DNA of 64,000 nucleotides from an uncultured Candidatus Saccharibacteria bacterium (GCA_964416765.1 CAYQEU010000001.1:130541-194540), one strand, 5' to 3'. Shown: positions 37,522-47,982, counted from the stretch's first letter. Notes: generated from the letters alone by a model not told the origin. Made by a program: numbers and translations.

Positions 37522-39008
37522 TGCCAAAAAACTTTTACATCACAACCACATTGCCTTATGTTAATGCCGATCCCCATATCGGTTTTGCTTTAGAAATTAT
37601 CCAAACCGATGTCATCGCGCGGTATCACGAAGGAATGGGGGAGAACGTTTTCTTCAACACCGGCACTGACGAGCATGGCTTAAAGATATACCGCAAAGCT
37701 GAGGAAGCGGGACTCGACCCCCAGGCTTATGTTGATGAGTACGCGCAAAAGTTTGACCGTCTGAAAACAGCGTTGAATTTGAGCTACAACCATTTCATCC
37801 GCACTACCGACGAGCATCATGTTGCGGCGGCGCAGGAATTTTGGAAACGCTGTGAAGCGGCGGGTGACGTCTATAAGAAAACATACCAAGTTAAATATTG
37901 CGTGGGCTGCGAACTGGAAAAAACCGATTCGGAAATTGAAGACGGACGCTGTAAAATCCATCCCCACCTCGAATTGGAATTAATTGATGAAGAAAATTAT
38001 TTTTTCCGTTTCTCGAAATATGGACCGAAGCTGTTGGAATTTTATCAAGCCAACCCGGATTTTGTAGTTCCGGACTTCCGTTTCCATGAGATTAAATCAT
38101 TTGTGGAAGCTGGCCTGCAGGATTTTAGTATCTCCCGGCTAAAACAAAAAATGCCGTGGGGTGTGCCCGTTCCGGGGGATGAAAACCAGGTCATGTACGT
38201 TTGGTTCGACGCCTTGGTTAACTATATTTCCACCTTAGGGTGGCCCAATGATGTAGCTAACTTTATTGGCTTTTGGGGAACTCAGGAAAACCGCTTAGGG
38301 GTACAAACGGCTGGTAAAGACAACTTGCGCCAACAGTCAGCCATGTGGCAGGCGATGCTTATGTCCGCGGGGCTCCCGAATTCCAAACAAATTTTGATCC
38401 ACGGATTCATTACAAGTGGGGGCCAGAAGATGAGTAAGAGTTTGGGTAATGTCATTGACCCGTATGCCGTGTTGACTGATTTGCAGGAAAAGGGGCTCAG
38501 TGAGAGCCAAGCAACTGATTCACTTCGCTATTATTTATTGCGCGAAATTTCCACGTTCGAAGACGGCGATTTCACTTGGGACCGGTTCAAAGATAGCTAC
38601 ACCGCCAATCTCGTGAACGGGATTGGTAACCTGACCAGCCGCATCATGAAGATGGCGATTAACGCTGAAATGGAAATTAACCTCGATAGCTTCGATGACG
38701 AGCCGGCTCATGAGGCTGATAAGGATTATCGGGACTTGCTGGAAAAGTACGAACTGCAAAAGTGCGCGGATTTAATCTGGGACCATATTGCTTGGTGCGA
38801 CCGTTTCATCCAGGAAAAAGAACCCTTCAAAGTAGTGAAAACGGACCCGGAAAAAGCCCGCGAAGACATCATGATTCTTTTGTTGGCTTTGCGGCGCATC
38901 GCGATATGGCTCGCTCCGTTCCTGCCCCAGACTAGTGACCAGATTATTAATGTTTTGAAGAATCCGGTTTTGGAAAATATCCCCCGGTTGTTCCCTCGAA
39001 TTGAATGA
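37521..39008 (+). CDS. metG: methionine--tRNA ligase (short form)
   Basis: HIGH-type motif PHIGF, KMSKS, Zn knuckle CVGCELEK..C. Confidence 0.9.
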   Translation: MPKNFYITTTLPYVNADPHIGFALEIIQTDVIARYHEGMGENVFFNTGTDEHGLKIYRKAEEAGLDPQAYVDEYAQKFDRLKTALNLSYNHFIRTTDEHHVAAAQEFWKRCEAAGDVYKKTYQVKYCVGCELEKTDSEIEDGRCKIHPHLELELIDEENYFFRFSKYGPKLLEFYQANPDFVVPDFRFHEIKSFVEAGLQDFSISRLKQKMPWGVPVPGDENQVMYVWFDALVNYISTLGWPNDVANFIGFWGTQENRLGVQTAGKDNLRQQSAMWQAMLMSAGLPNSKQILIHGFITSGGQKMSKSLGNVIDPYAVLTDLQEKGLSESQATDSLRYYLLREISTFEDGDFTWDRFKDSYTANLVNGIGNLTSRIMKMAINAEMEINLDSFDDEPAHEADKDYRDLLEKYELQKCADLIWDHIAWCDRFIQEKEPFKVVKTDPEKAREDIMILLLALRRIAIWLAPFLPQTSDQIINVLKNPVLENIPRLFPRIE

Positions 39009-39859
39009 AATTTCTTGATACTCACACCCATATAAATTTAAGGGCGTTTCGTGATGACGCGCACGAAGCCATTAGGAGAGCGCTCGACGCGGATGTTGCT
39101 ATCGTAAACGTCGGCACACAAATAGACACGAGCCGGCAGGCAGTAAACTTGCTGGAAGATTTTCCCATGAATGTCTACGCGGCCGTCGGGTTGCATCCGG
39201 TCCATACTTTTTCACACGACTTTGAAGATGAGGAAGAAGTAAAGTTTAAAACCCGGGAGGAGGGGTTTAACTATGAGGATTACAAAGCGCTTGCCAACAC
39301 CCCCCGCGTGGTAGGGATTGGGGAGTGCGGGTTGGATTATTACCGTTTGCCGCAAGACCGCGACCACGTGGAAATAAAGCGTATGCAACTGGAGGCCTTC
39401 CTCCCGCAGGTAAAATTGGCGCGGGAGCTTGATAAAGCTTTGTGCATCCATTGTCGTCCTTCTGAGGGAACCATGGACGCTTATGACGAAATCGCTGAGC
39501 TGATGAAGCAGGTCAAAAAAGACCAGCCTGATTTTCGGTTTGAAATCCATTGCTACACGGGTGACCTGCCGACAGCATTGAAATTTGTTGAAATTGGCGC
39601 TTACATGGGGATTAACGGTATTATTACCTTTGACAAGACCGGCAGGAGCGAAAGTGTGGTTAAAGGGATCCCGCTGGAAAATATTATTCTGGAAACAGAC
39701 GCGCCTTACCTCACCCCCGTGCCGCATAGAGGGAAGCGCAATGAGCCAAGTTACCTACCCTTAGTCGCCGAAAAAATTGCCGAGTGGAAAGGCGAAAGCG
39801 CTGACCGGGTAGCGGAAGTTACCACTGCAAACGCAAAGAAATTATTTAAGCTGGAATGA
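39005..39859 (+). CDS. tatD: TatD family metal-dependent hydrolase
   Basis: DTHTHIN start motif, TIM-barrel TatD pattern with conserved H/E/D. Confidence 0.85.
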   Translation: MKFLDTHTHINLRAFRDDAHEAIRRALDADVAIVNVGTQIDTSRQAVNLLEDFPMNVYAAVGLHPVHTFSHDFEDEEEVKFKTREEGFNYEDYKALANTPRVVGIGECGLDYYRLPQDRDHVEIKRMQLEAFLPQVKLARELDKALCIHCRPSEGTMDAYDEIAELMKQVKKDQPDFRFEIHCYTGDLPTALKFVEIGAYMGINGIITFDKTGRSESVVKGIPLENIILETDAPYLTPVPHRGKRNEPSYLPLVAEKIAEWKGESADRVAEVTTANAKKLFKLE

Positions 39860-42771
39860 AGTCTTACAACCCCAAACACATTGAAAAGAAGTGGCAGGAG
39901 TACTGGGAAGAGCACCAGACTTTCCACGCCAGTGATGAGAGCGGCAAACCGAAGAAATATATCCTGGTAGAATTCCCTTATCCTTCGGGCGAAGGATTGC
40001 ATATGGGGCATCTCCGCCCATATGTTGCCGGGGATGTTTACAGCCGTTACTGGCGGCTGCGGGGCCAAGACGTTATGTATCCCATGGGATGGGATGCTTT
40101 CGGCTTGCCGGCGGAAAATTACGCGATAAAAAACAATGTCCACCCGCGCGTGTCCACGGCGAAGAACATCGCCAACGCGAAACGCCAGATTCAAAGCTGG
40201 GGCCTGGGCTTTGACTGGGACAGGGAAGTAAATACTACTGATCCGGAATTTTACAAATGGACCCAGTGGATTTTTTTGCAGTTATATAAAGCCGGGTTGG
40301 CCTATGAAGCCACAGGGCTAATTAACTGGTGTCCAAAAGACAAGACTGGCTTGGCTAATGAAGAAGTTATTGATGGTAAGTGCGACCGTTGCGGCACGTT
40401 AGTAGAAAAAAAGGAACTGCGCCAATGGTATTTGAAGATTACCGCCTATGCCGAAAAATTGCTCCAAGGCCTGGAGAGCTTGCCGGAATGGCCGGAAGCA
40501 GTGAAGCTCCAGCAGGCTAACTGGATTGGAAAAAGCGTTGGCGCGGAAATAGACTTCAAACTCAACCAGAAAAACAATTATGTCATTCTGCCTGGCTACA
40601 GCAGTGATGAAACAGAAAATTTTTATCCATGGCTGGCGGAAGAGTTGTCGGCGGATGGTTCGGAAGCCCAAACAGTAGTATATAAATCGGCTACAGAACA
40701 CGCCGAACCCGAAATAATAGAGGATTTAACTGGCCGGGTTTCGCTGGACGAAGATACCGTTTTGGTAGGCCATAGCCTGGGCGGAGTCATGGCTATGAAG
40801 TTGTTGGAAAAATCCGAAGTTCAAATAGCTAAGCTAGTTCTGGTAGCAAGTTTTGCCAATCCTAAATTCAAGGATAAAGCCAGGGCTTTTGAAGATAAAC
40901 TTTCATGGAATTTTGATTTTGAAAAGATTAAGCATAACGTCCGCGAAATAATTGTCCTGAGTGATAACACTGACCATATAGTGCCCGAAGATTCAGCAGT
41001 TGAGCTTTCGGAGAAGTTAAATGCCCGCTTGATAAGATTTGATGCCGTAGCTCCTCATATTAAAGGAGTGGAAGAGCCGGAAGTTTTGTCAGCCGTAGCG
41101 AACCGTATTAAAGTGTTTACCACGAGGCCGGATACTATTTTCGGCGCCACCTATTTAGTCGTCGCTCCCGAACATCCGGTAATCGAAACTTTGGCCGCTG
41201 AAATTACAAACTGGGACGAAGTCCAGAGCTATATTGATCAGGCGAAAGCCCAGCAGGAACAACAACGCCTTGAAGAGGGGAAAGAAAAAACCGGAGTTGA
41301 GTTAAAGGGAATAAAGGCAGTTAATCCAGCTAATGGACAGGAAATTTCTGTTTGGACGGCAGACTATGTTTTGGCCAACTACGGGACTGGCGCAATAATG
41401 GCCGTACCCGCCCACGATGAACGCGACTTTGAATTTGCCCAGAAATTCGGATTGCCCGTCACTAAAGTAATTGAATCCGCGGAAGCGGAAACTTTTTTTG
41501 CGGGTGCAGGAAAACTTATAGAATCCGGTCAGTTCACTGGAATGCATTCGGAAGACGCTCTACCGCAAATGGCGAAGAAATTCGGAAAGCTGGCGGTTAA
41601 ATACAAACTTCGGGATTGGGTCTTTTCACGCCAGCGTTACTGGGGAGAGCCAATACCACTGGTACATTGCGATAAGTGTGGAATTGTACCGGTTCCTGAC
41701 AATCAACTCCCAGTAGTATTGCCCGAAGTGGAAAAATATGAACCAACCGGAACAGGGGAGTCACCCCTAGCGGCTATTTCAGAATGGGTTAATACAACCT
41801 GCCCCAACTGTGCGGGCCCCGCTAAGCGCGAAACCAACACCATGCCCCAATGGGCGGGCAGTTCTTGGTATTATTTGCGTTATACAGACCCGCATAATGA
41901 TGAGCAGTTTGCCGCGGCGGAAAAGTTAAAGCAGTGGCTGCCGGTGGACGTGTATTTTGGCGGCATGGAACATACCACGCTTCATTTGCTATATTCACGA
42001 TTTTGGCACCTTGCCCTTTATGACCAGGGCCTGGTACCAACCCCCGAACCTTACACCAAGCGCGTACCTCATGGGATAATTTTGGCGGCTGACGGGGAAA
42101 AGATGTCCAAGAGCCGCGGCAACGTGGTCAACCCAGATGATATTGTAAACCAATTCGGTGCCGACACGCTCCGCATGTATGAATTGTTCTTGGGCCCGCA
42201 CGAAGCTACTGTGTCATGGAATGACCAGGGGATTATCGGGGTCAGCCGATTTTATGAAAGAGTTTGGAAATGGATTCATGAGCAGGCGAAGAACCCTGCG
42301 GAATCCGACAGCCTTGGGGCAAAGCGCTTACTCCATCGGTTAATGAAGAAAATTGGCGACGATATTGAAGGTTTCAGGTTCAATACCGCCGTTTCCACTT
42401 TTATGGATTTCCATAACAAAGTTAAGGACCAGCAAGTTAGCTTGGATTTCCTCAAAACATTTTTGATTTTGCTTTATCCAATTGCCCCGCACATTAGCGA
42501 GGAATTGAATGAAATTATAGGCGGACAGGCGTCCTTACAAAACGCGACGTGGCCCGAATATGACCCAACCATGCTTCAAAGTGACGAGTGGAATATCGTC
42601 ATTCAGGTTAACGGTAAAGTCAAAGGAAAGCTTACGGTCCCGGCGAACATCCCTGAAGCCGAAATAGAACAGCAAGTTTTGGCAATGGAAAACATTATAG
42701 ACACCTTGGGCGGACAAACACCGCAGCGCGTGGTTCATGTGCCGGGCAAATTAATCAACATTGTTCTGTAA
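39856..42771 (+). CDS. leuS: leucine--tRNA ligase carrying an inserted alpha/beta-hydrolase (Ser_hydrolase, PF06821-like) domain
   Basis: HMGH, KMSKS, TTRPDT and GTGAIMAVPAHD editing-domain motifs present; extra ~180 aa (aa 237-418, nt 40564-41109) with YVILPGY...PWL and GHSLGG nucleophile elbow. Confidence 0.9.
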   Translation: MKSYNPKHIEKKWQEYWEEHQTFHASDESGKPKKYILVEFPYPSGEGLHMGHLRPYVAGDVYSRYWRLRGQDVMYPMGWDAFGLPAENYAIKNNVHPRVSTAKNIANAKRQIQSWGLGFDWDREVNTTDPEFYKWTQWIFLQLYKAGLAYEATGLINWCPKDKTGLANEEVIDGKCDRCGTLVEKKELRQWYLKITAYAEKLLQGLESLPEWPEAVKLQQANWIGKSVGAEIDFKLNQKNNYVILPGYSSDETENFYPWLAEELSADGSEAQTVVYKSATEHAEPEIIEDLTGRVSLDEDTVLVGHSLGGVMAMKLLEKSEVQIAKLVLVASFANPKFKDKARAFEDKLSWNFDFEKIKHNVREIIVLSDNTDHIVPEDSAVELSEKLNARLIRFDAVAPHIKGVEEPEVLSAVANRIKVFTTRPDTIFGATYLVVAPEHPVIETLAAEITNWDEVQSYIDQAKAQQEQQRLEEGKEKTGVELKGIKAVNPANGQEISVWTADYVLANYGTGAIMAVPAHDERDFEFAQKFGLPVTKVIESAEAETFFAGAGKLIESGQFTGMHSEDALPQMAKKFGKLAVKYKLRDWVFSRQRYWGEPIPLVHCDKCGIVPVPDNQLPVVLPEVEKYEPTGTGESPLAAISEWVNTTCPNCAGPAKRETNTMPQWAGSSWYYLRYTDPHNDEQFAAAEKLKQWLPVDVYFGGMEHTTLHLLYSRFWHLALYDQGLVPTPEPYTKRVPHGIILAADGEKMSKSRGNVVNPDDIVNQFGADTLRMYELFLGPHEATVSWNDQGIIGVSRFYERVWKWIHEQAKNPAESDSLGAKRLLHRLMKKIGDDIEGFRFNTAVSTFMDFHNKVKDQQVSLDFLKTFLILLYPIAPHISEELNEIIGGQASLQNATWPEYDPTMLQSDEWNIVIQVNGKVKGKLTVPANIPEAEIEQQVLAMENIIDTLGGQTPQRVVHVPGKLINIVL

Positions 42772-43442
42772 TGGAAGTCATTAAATACCGTAAAACAGAC
42801 CATAAGAAAATTTTAGCGATCGCCGCGAAAGCATTGAAAGAAGGGAAGACCGTGGTCTACCCCACGGACACTTCATACGCCATTGCCTGTGACATCACCA
42901 ATGCCAAAGCGCGTGCCAGGTTCTATAAGATTAAAGAGCGTTCCCCGAAACAGCCCGTGCATTTGATTTTGCCTAGTTTGGCTTTCGCGCGAGGCATAGC
43001 CATATGGAACAAAACCGCGAACATCCTTGCCCGGAAATTTTGGCCGGGGCCAATTTCTCTCGTTTTACCAATCAAACTGAAGGGTAAACTCCCGGAATAT
43101 TTGAAGATTGTCAGTGCCGGCACGGGCACCGTGGGGGTGAGGCGACCGGACAATTCGGTAGCCGCCGATTTGGCGAGATATTTGGGCAAACCCATACCCG
43201 CCACCAGTGCCAATCCCTCGGCCCACTTATCCGGTGGATTTGATAGCTACTCTTCGAGGGACGTAATCATCCAGTTTTCCAAGCAGAAATATAAACCTGA
43301 TATAATAATAGACGCGGGGAGGCTGCCCAAGCGCAAGCCTTCAACCATGCTGAAAATCAATGGCCAGGCGTGGCAAATTCTGCGACCCGGCCCCATAAGC
43401 GAAAAACAAATACGAAATGCCCTCAATGAACCACAAACTTAG
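42771..43442 (+). CDS. tsaC: L-threonylcarbamoyladenylate synthase (YrdC/Sua5 family)
   Basis: 223 aa; YPTDTSYAI and K..P..LI motif of YrdC domain. Confidence 0.75.
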   Translation: MEVIKYRKTDHKKILAIAAKALKEGKTVVYPTDTSYAIACDITNAKARARFYKIKERSPKQPVHLILPSLAFARGIAIWNKTANILARKFWPGPISLVLPIKLKGKLPEYLKIVSAGTGTVGVRRPDNSVAADLARYLGKPIPATSANPSAHLSGGFDSYSSRDVIIQFSKQKYKPDIIIDAGRLPKRKPSTMLKINGQAWQILRPGPISEKQIRNALNEPQT

Positions 43443-44571
43443 GTTGCCCCATGATTTGATCGGGACGATCCGGCAGGAAATCCGGGAACTTTACGCCAGC
43501 GTTGCGTTTGCTGATATGGCCACGGCACTGGCGGTTTTGTTTGAACCGATTATTTTGTATAAAATTCTTGGCCTGAGCATAATCCAGATCTTTTTGTTCA
43601 TGGCTTCCATTTACGCCATTCAGGCTGTGCTTTTGCCGCTTGGCGCTAAAATTGGGGCCCGTCTTGGCTACATGCACGCAATTTTTTTCAGCATTCCTTT
43701 CATGGTGCTGTACTGGATGTTGCTTTACGGCGCCCAGGTTGATTTTAATTTATTGCTCCTGGCTCCAGTTGTCTATGGAATTGAAAAAGCCTTGTTCTGG
43801 CCTTCTTTCCACGCCACGGCCGCGCGATACATCAATGGCAAGCCCAGCAACAAGCACGATATCCTCTACGGCATGGTCATGGTGATGCGCGTACTGGGTC
43901 CCGCGATCGGCGGCGTGGTGGGGTATTACCTTGGTTTGCGCGTAGTGTTGCTCCTGGCCGCTGCGATGTACCTGACTTCAGTTATGCCTCTGCTCGTAAG
44001 CAAAGAAATTTATGCCCCCACCAGCTATAGTTTTAGCGACACCTGGGAAATCTATAAAAAATACCCCCGTCGGTTCATGAGTTACATGGGGCTCGGTGAG
44101 GAGATAATAATTGTCACGCTGTGGCCCATCTTGATTTATTTGATCTTGGGAAACGTGGCATATACTGGTTTAGTAGTTTCGGTGAGCGCTATCGTAACCG
44201 CAACATTGCTTTTAGCCGTGAAACGCATCAAGGGGATTCAAAACCAGCTGCAACTAATAAAGATTGGGACATTTGTTTACTCTTTCGTTAATTTGGCGCG
44301 TCTGGCAGTATGGGGCTTTTACGGGGTGTTTATGGTGGATGCACTAGGCCGCAGCACCAAAGAACTTATCACCATCCCACTAGCCACGCTCACTTATGAA
44401 CGTTCGGAAAGAAATGGTATTTTGGCTTACGTGGTATTTTTCCAGCAGAGCGCGGCGTTAGGGAAATTTTTGGCCGCCACCCTGGCCGTGGTGGTTTTCG
44501 GCCTTACGGGAAGTCTTGTGGCGGTGTTTATTTTGGCCGGAGCCTTTACTTTGTTGTACATGCTAGCCTAA
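43417..44571 (+). CDS. MFS-type membrane transporter-like protein
   Basis: 384 aa, about 12 TM segments; start ambiguous, overlaps tsaC end. Confidence 0.5.
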   Translation: MPSMNHKLRLPHDLIGTIRQEIRELYASVAFADMATALAVLFEPIILYKILGLSIIQIFLFMASIYAIQAVLLPLGAKIGARLGYMHAIFFSIPFMVLYWMLLYGAQVDFNLLLLAPVVYGIEKALFWPSFHATAARYINGKPSNKHDILYGMVMVMRVLGPAIGGVVGYYLGLRVVLLLAAAMYLTSVMPLLVSKEIYAPTSYSFSDTWEIYKKYPRRFMSYMGLGEEIIIVTLWPILIYLILGNVAYTGLVVSVSAIVTATLLLAVKRIKGIQNQLQLIKIGTFVYSFVNLARLAVWGFYGVFMVDALGRSTKELITIPLATLTYERSERNGILAYVVFFQQSAALGKFLAATLAVVVFGLTGSLVAVFILAGAFTLLYMLA

Positions 44572-44589
44572 ACCTTTATACTGAAAACT

Positions 44590-45930
44590 ATGGAATATAA
44601 AGAAATAGAAAAACAGGACCCCGATATTCATAACCTCATTTTAGGGGAAGAAAAGCGCCAAAAAGAAGGATTGGAACTCATCCCGTCCGAAAACTACACC
44701 TCCGAAGCTGTCATGGAAAGCATGGGCAGTATTTTGACCAACAAGTACTCAGAAGGCTATTCCCGCAAACGCTACTACGGCGGCCAGGAATTTATAGACC
44801 AGATTGAAACCCTGGCGATTGAGCGCGCTAAATCTTTGTTTAAAGTGGCGCACGCCAACGTCCAGCCGTATTCAGGGAGCCCGGCAAATTTGGCGGTTTA
44901 CTTAGCCACCTGTCAGCCAGGCGATACTATCATGGGTTTGAATTTGCCTGACGGCGGCCACTTAACTCATGGATGGAAAGTCAGCGCGACCGCCATGTTC
45001 TATAAAAGCGTACCTTACCACGTAAAAGAAGATGGACGGGTTGATTTAGATGAAGTTGAACGTTTAGCTAAAGAGCACAAACCAAAACTCATTTGGGTCG
45101 GCGCCACGGCTTATTGTTACCAATACGAGTACGACCGTTACGCCGAAATCGCCGATAGCGTGGGTGCATATTTGGCAGCAGACATCGCGCACGTTGCCGG
45201 TTTGATCGCCGCCGGCGCGCATCCCAGCCCCGCGGCGCACGCGGATATTATAACCAGCACCACTCACAAAACATTACGCGGCCCGCGCGGTGGTATCATC
45301 ATGGTGACGGAAAAGGGATTGAAAAAAGACCCGGACCTTGCCGACAAAATCGATAAGGCAATTTTCCCGGGACTGCAAGGGGGCCCGCATGACCACCAGA
45401 CCGCCGCAATTGCTATTGCGTTAAAAGAAGCGGCGACGCCGGAATTTGAAGAATACGGACACCAAATTGTTAAGAACGCCAAAGCCCTGGCCGCAAGCTT
45501 AATCAAAAATGGCTTTAAGCTTGTCTCGGGTGGAACGGAAAACCATTTAATTCTGATTGACCTAGAACCACAGTTCGGACCGGGTGGAGGAATTTTTGGA
45601 AGCGAAGTGCTTGAAGCCGCCGGTATGACCGTGAATAAGAACACTATCCCGAAAGATCCGGGAAGCGCTTTTTACCCTAGTGGTTTGCGGTTGGGTTCAC
45701 CGGCACTTACCACGCGCGGGTTCAAGGAAAGCGATTTCGAAAAAGTAGGGGACTGGATTTCTCGGGCCATAAAAGCCGCTCCGGGGTACACCTTACCTAC
45801 CGAAAAAACCGAACGCGTCGGCTACATTAAAAAGTTTAAGGCCGAGATCAAGGAAAATGCTGAATTGAAAAATATCCGTGAAGAAATTAAAGAATTTACA
45901 AAGGACTTCCCGGTACCGGGAATTGCATAA
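44590..45930 (+). CDS. glyA: serine hydroxymethyltransferase
   Basis: LIPSENYTS, PLP-lysine region TTHKTLRGPRGG. Confidence 0.9.
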   Translation: MEYKEIEKQDPDIHNLILGEEKRQKEGLELIPSENYTSEAVMESMGSILTNKYSEGYSRKRYYGGQEFIDQIETLAIERAKSLFKVAHANVQPYSGSPANLAVYLATCQPGDTIMGLNLPDGGHLTHGWKVSATAMFYKSVPYHVKEDGRVDLDEVERLAKEHKPKLIWVGATAYCYQYEYDRYAEIADSVGAYLAADIAHVAGLIAAGAHPSPAAHADIITSTTHKTLRGPRGGIIMVTEKGLKKDPDLADKIDKAIFPGLQGGPHDHQTAAIAIALKEAATPEFEEYGHQIVKNAKALAASLIKNGFKLVSGGTENHLILIDLEPQFGPGGGIFGSEVLEAAGMTVNKNTIPKDPGSAFYPSGLRLGSPALTTRGFKESDFEKVGDWISRAIKAAPGYTLPTEKTERVGYIKKFKAEIKENAELKNIREEIKEFTKDFPVPGIA

Positions 45931-45931
45931 T

Positions 45932-46741
45932 ATGTTACACGCCCTCGTTTTAGGTTTAGTCCAGGGATTGGGTGAATTTTTACCCATTTCCTCTTCCGCC
46001 CATTTGATTTTGGTTCCTTGGCTGTTTAAGTGGCAGGATCCCGGTTTAGGTTTTGACGTCGCGCTCCACATGGGTACCTTGGTGGCCGTGGTAATTTATT
46101 TTTACAACGACATTTGGCTGCTCATCAAAGGATTCTGGCACTCACTGTTTAAATCTACCCGCGACCTGCAAAGCAACATTTACCAAAAATTAGCATGGCT
46201 GATTATCCTGGCTTCGATCCCGGGAGCCATTATCGGCGCTTTATTAGACAACGCGGCGGAAACCACCCTGCGTAACCCATTACTTGTTGCGTGTGACCTG
46301 GCAATTTTTGGGGTGTTGCTATGGTTCCTGGACAAAATGGTGGTCGAGGAAAAGAATTTAGACAAGATCAAACCAGGACATGCCTTAGCGATTGGGTTCA
46401 GCCAAGCCATCGCGATTTTTCCCGGTGTGTCCCGCAGCGGCGCCACCATGGTCACGGCGCGCGCCTTTAAGTTTACCCGCGCTGACGCCGCCCGTTTCAG
46501 CTTTCTTATGTCGATGCCCATAATTTTTGGGAGCGGCATTCTTAAATTCAATGAATTAAACCAGGGAGTGACCCACGCGGAATTGGCGGTTGGTTTTTTG
46601 GCTGCTGCCATAAGCGGCTTCATTGCCATCAAGTTTTTGCTCCGCTACCTTAGCACCCATAGCTTTGGGATCTTTGCGGCTTACCGAATTATCCTGGCGG
46701 CGATTATTTTAGTCGTATATATGAGCCGTTTGGGCCACTAA
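45932..46741 (+). CDS. uppP: undecaprenyl-diphosphate phosphatase
   Basis: GEFLPISSSAHL motif and GxSRSGxT (PGVSRSGAT); start ATG 45932, 1 nt after glyA stop. Confidence 0.85.
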   Translation: MLHALVLGLVQGLGEFLPISSSAHLILVPWLFKWQDPGLGFDVALHMGTLVAVVIYFYNDIWLLIKGFWHSLFKSTRDLQSNIYQKLAWLIILASIPGAIIGALLDNAAETTLRNPLLVACDLAIFGVLLWFLDKMVVEEKNLDKIKPGHALAIGFSQAIAIFPGVSRSGATMVTARAFKFTRADAARFSFLMSMPIIFGSGILKFNELNQGVTHAELAVGFLAAAISGFIAIKFLLRYLSTHSFGIFAAYRIILAAIILVVYMSRLGH

Positions 46742-46793
46742 GCAGCCTTTACCGAAATACCCCGGTTTGCTATTATATGTAGGCAATTCTCAG

Positions 46794-46878
46794 GCCGCTA
46801 TGGTGGAATTGGCAGACACGCACGACTCAAAATCGTGTGCCGAAAGGCATGTCGGTTCGACTCCGACTAGCGGCACCA
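46794..46878 (+). tRNA. tRNA-Leu (anticodon CAA), long variable arm
   Basis: Acceptor GCCGCTA/TAGCGGC, anticodon stem CACGA/TCGTG, loop CTCAAAA, long variable arm, T loop TTCGACT, encoded CCA. Confidence 0.85.
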
Positions 46879-46893
46879 ACTTATAACAAAACC

Positions 46894-47898
46894 ATGGACG
46901 GCATCATTCCTCCTTCCGGCAATTCGTCCGATAATCTGTTTGTTCCCACACCCGACCCAGGCCCGCAACCGCAACGCGAGTCTTTTTCTGTTTCTGATGA
47001 GGTTTCCGAACCTGAACAGGCGCCTGCACCTTCCGGCGCGCCACGACCGGTCGTAGTGTCCACTCCGGCCACAGATGACCGCGTTTCTTATAACGACGCG
47101 CAAATCCAGGAAATCCCGGTTACGGAAGTTGTCGCCAACCCGTTTCAGCCGAGAAAACATTTTAATCCTGAAGCACTGCGCGAACTGGCAGATTCCATAC
47201 GCGAGCATGGTGTTATCCAGCCGATTGTCGTCACCAAAAGCCCGACCGGTTATGAAATAGTGGTGGGTGAACGCCGCTTCCGCGCGTCCCAGCTGGCGGG
47301 ACTCACCAAGGTACCGGCCATTGTCAAAACCGAACTGCAGGACCAGACTAAACTTGAAGTGGCGCTGATTGAAAATATTCAACGCCAGGAATTGGACGCG
47401 ATCGAAGAAGCCCAAGCCTACGACCGCCTGATCAAAAATTTCAACATGACCCAGGAACAGGTCGCGCAAAAAGTGGGGAAGAGCCGTCCGGCCATTACCA
47501 ACACACTTCGTTTGCTCAACCTGCCCGCGGAAATCCAACGCGCCGTTATTGAAGGAAAAATTACCGAGGGCCACGCGCGCGCCATTTTGGGACTGCCCGA
47601 CATGGAACGACAGATCCTGCTCTACAAGACAATCGTGGAACAGGGGTTGAATGTCCGCCAGGTGGAAGGTAAGGTGCGCGAGCTTACCGCCAAGAAAACG
47701 GTTGACGCTGCCGCCCCCGACCCACAGCTCATGGCTCTCGAAACCAAATTGCGCAGCAGCCTGGGCACGCAGGTAAAAATCCAGAAACAGGGCCGCGGCG
47801 GCAAAATCACAATTGAGTTCTTTAGTCCCGAAGAACTGGAAGACCTAATTAAGCGGATGGGCGAATCACCGAGCGGCGGCGAATATTTAACGGTTTAA
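46894..47898 (+). CDS. parB: ParB/Spo0J-like partition protein with Pro-rich disordered N-terminus
   Basis: ParB-N motif GERRFRA, HTH region, KHFNPEALRELADSIREHGVIQPIVV; start ATG 46894 (ORF-track start 46837 lies inside the tRNA). Confidence 0.75.
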   Translation: MDGIIPPSGNSSDNLFVPTPDPGPQPQRESFSVSDEVSEPEQAPAPSGAPRPVVVSTPATDDRVSYNDAQIQEIPVTEVVANPFQPRKHFNPEALRELADSIREHGVIQPIVVTKSPTGYEIVVGERRFRASQLAGLTKVPAIVKTELQDQTKLEVALIENIQRQELDAIEEAQAYDRLIKNFNMTQEQVAQKVGKSRPAITNTLRLLNLPAEIQRAVIEGKITEGHARAILGLPDMERQILLYKTIVEQGLNVRQVEGKVRELTAKKTVDAAAPDPQLMALETKLRSSLGTQVKIQKQGRGGKITIEFFSPEELEDLIKRMGESPSGGEYLTV

Positions 47899-47903
47899 AC
47901 TAC

Positions 47904-47977
47904 CGGGCTGTAGTATAGTGGTAGTACGCGTCCATGGGGTGGATGTAGTCTGGGTTCGATTCCCAGCAGCCCGACCA
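47904..47977 (+). tRNA. tRNA-Pro (anticodon GGG)
   Basis: Acceptor CGGGCTG/CAGCCCG, anticodon loop ATGGGGT, T loop TTCGATT, encoded CCA. Confidence 0.8.
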
Positions 47978-47982
47978 TTAAA

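Noticed and set aside
40564-41109. LeuRS insertion as an intein
   Set aside because: No Cys/Ser/Thr at the N-terminal splice junction, no terminal His-Asn, no endonuclease (LAGLIDADG/HNH) block. The sequence has alpha/beta-hydrolase motifs instead.
46837-46893. ORF-track start of parB at 46837
   Set aside because: Those codons lie inside tRNA-Leu (46794-46878). The first ATG after the tRNA (46894) is the plausible start.
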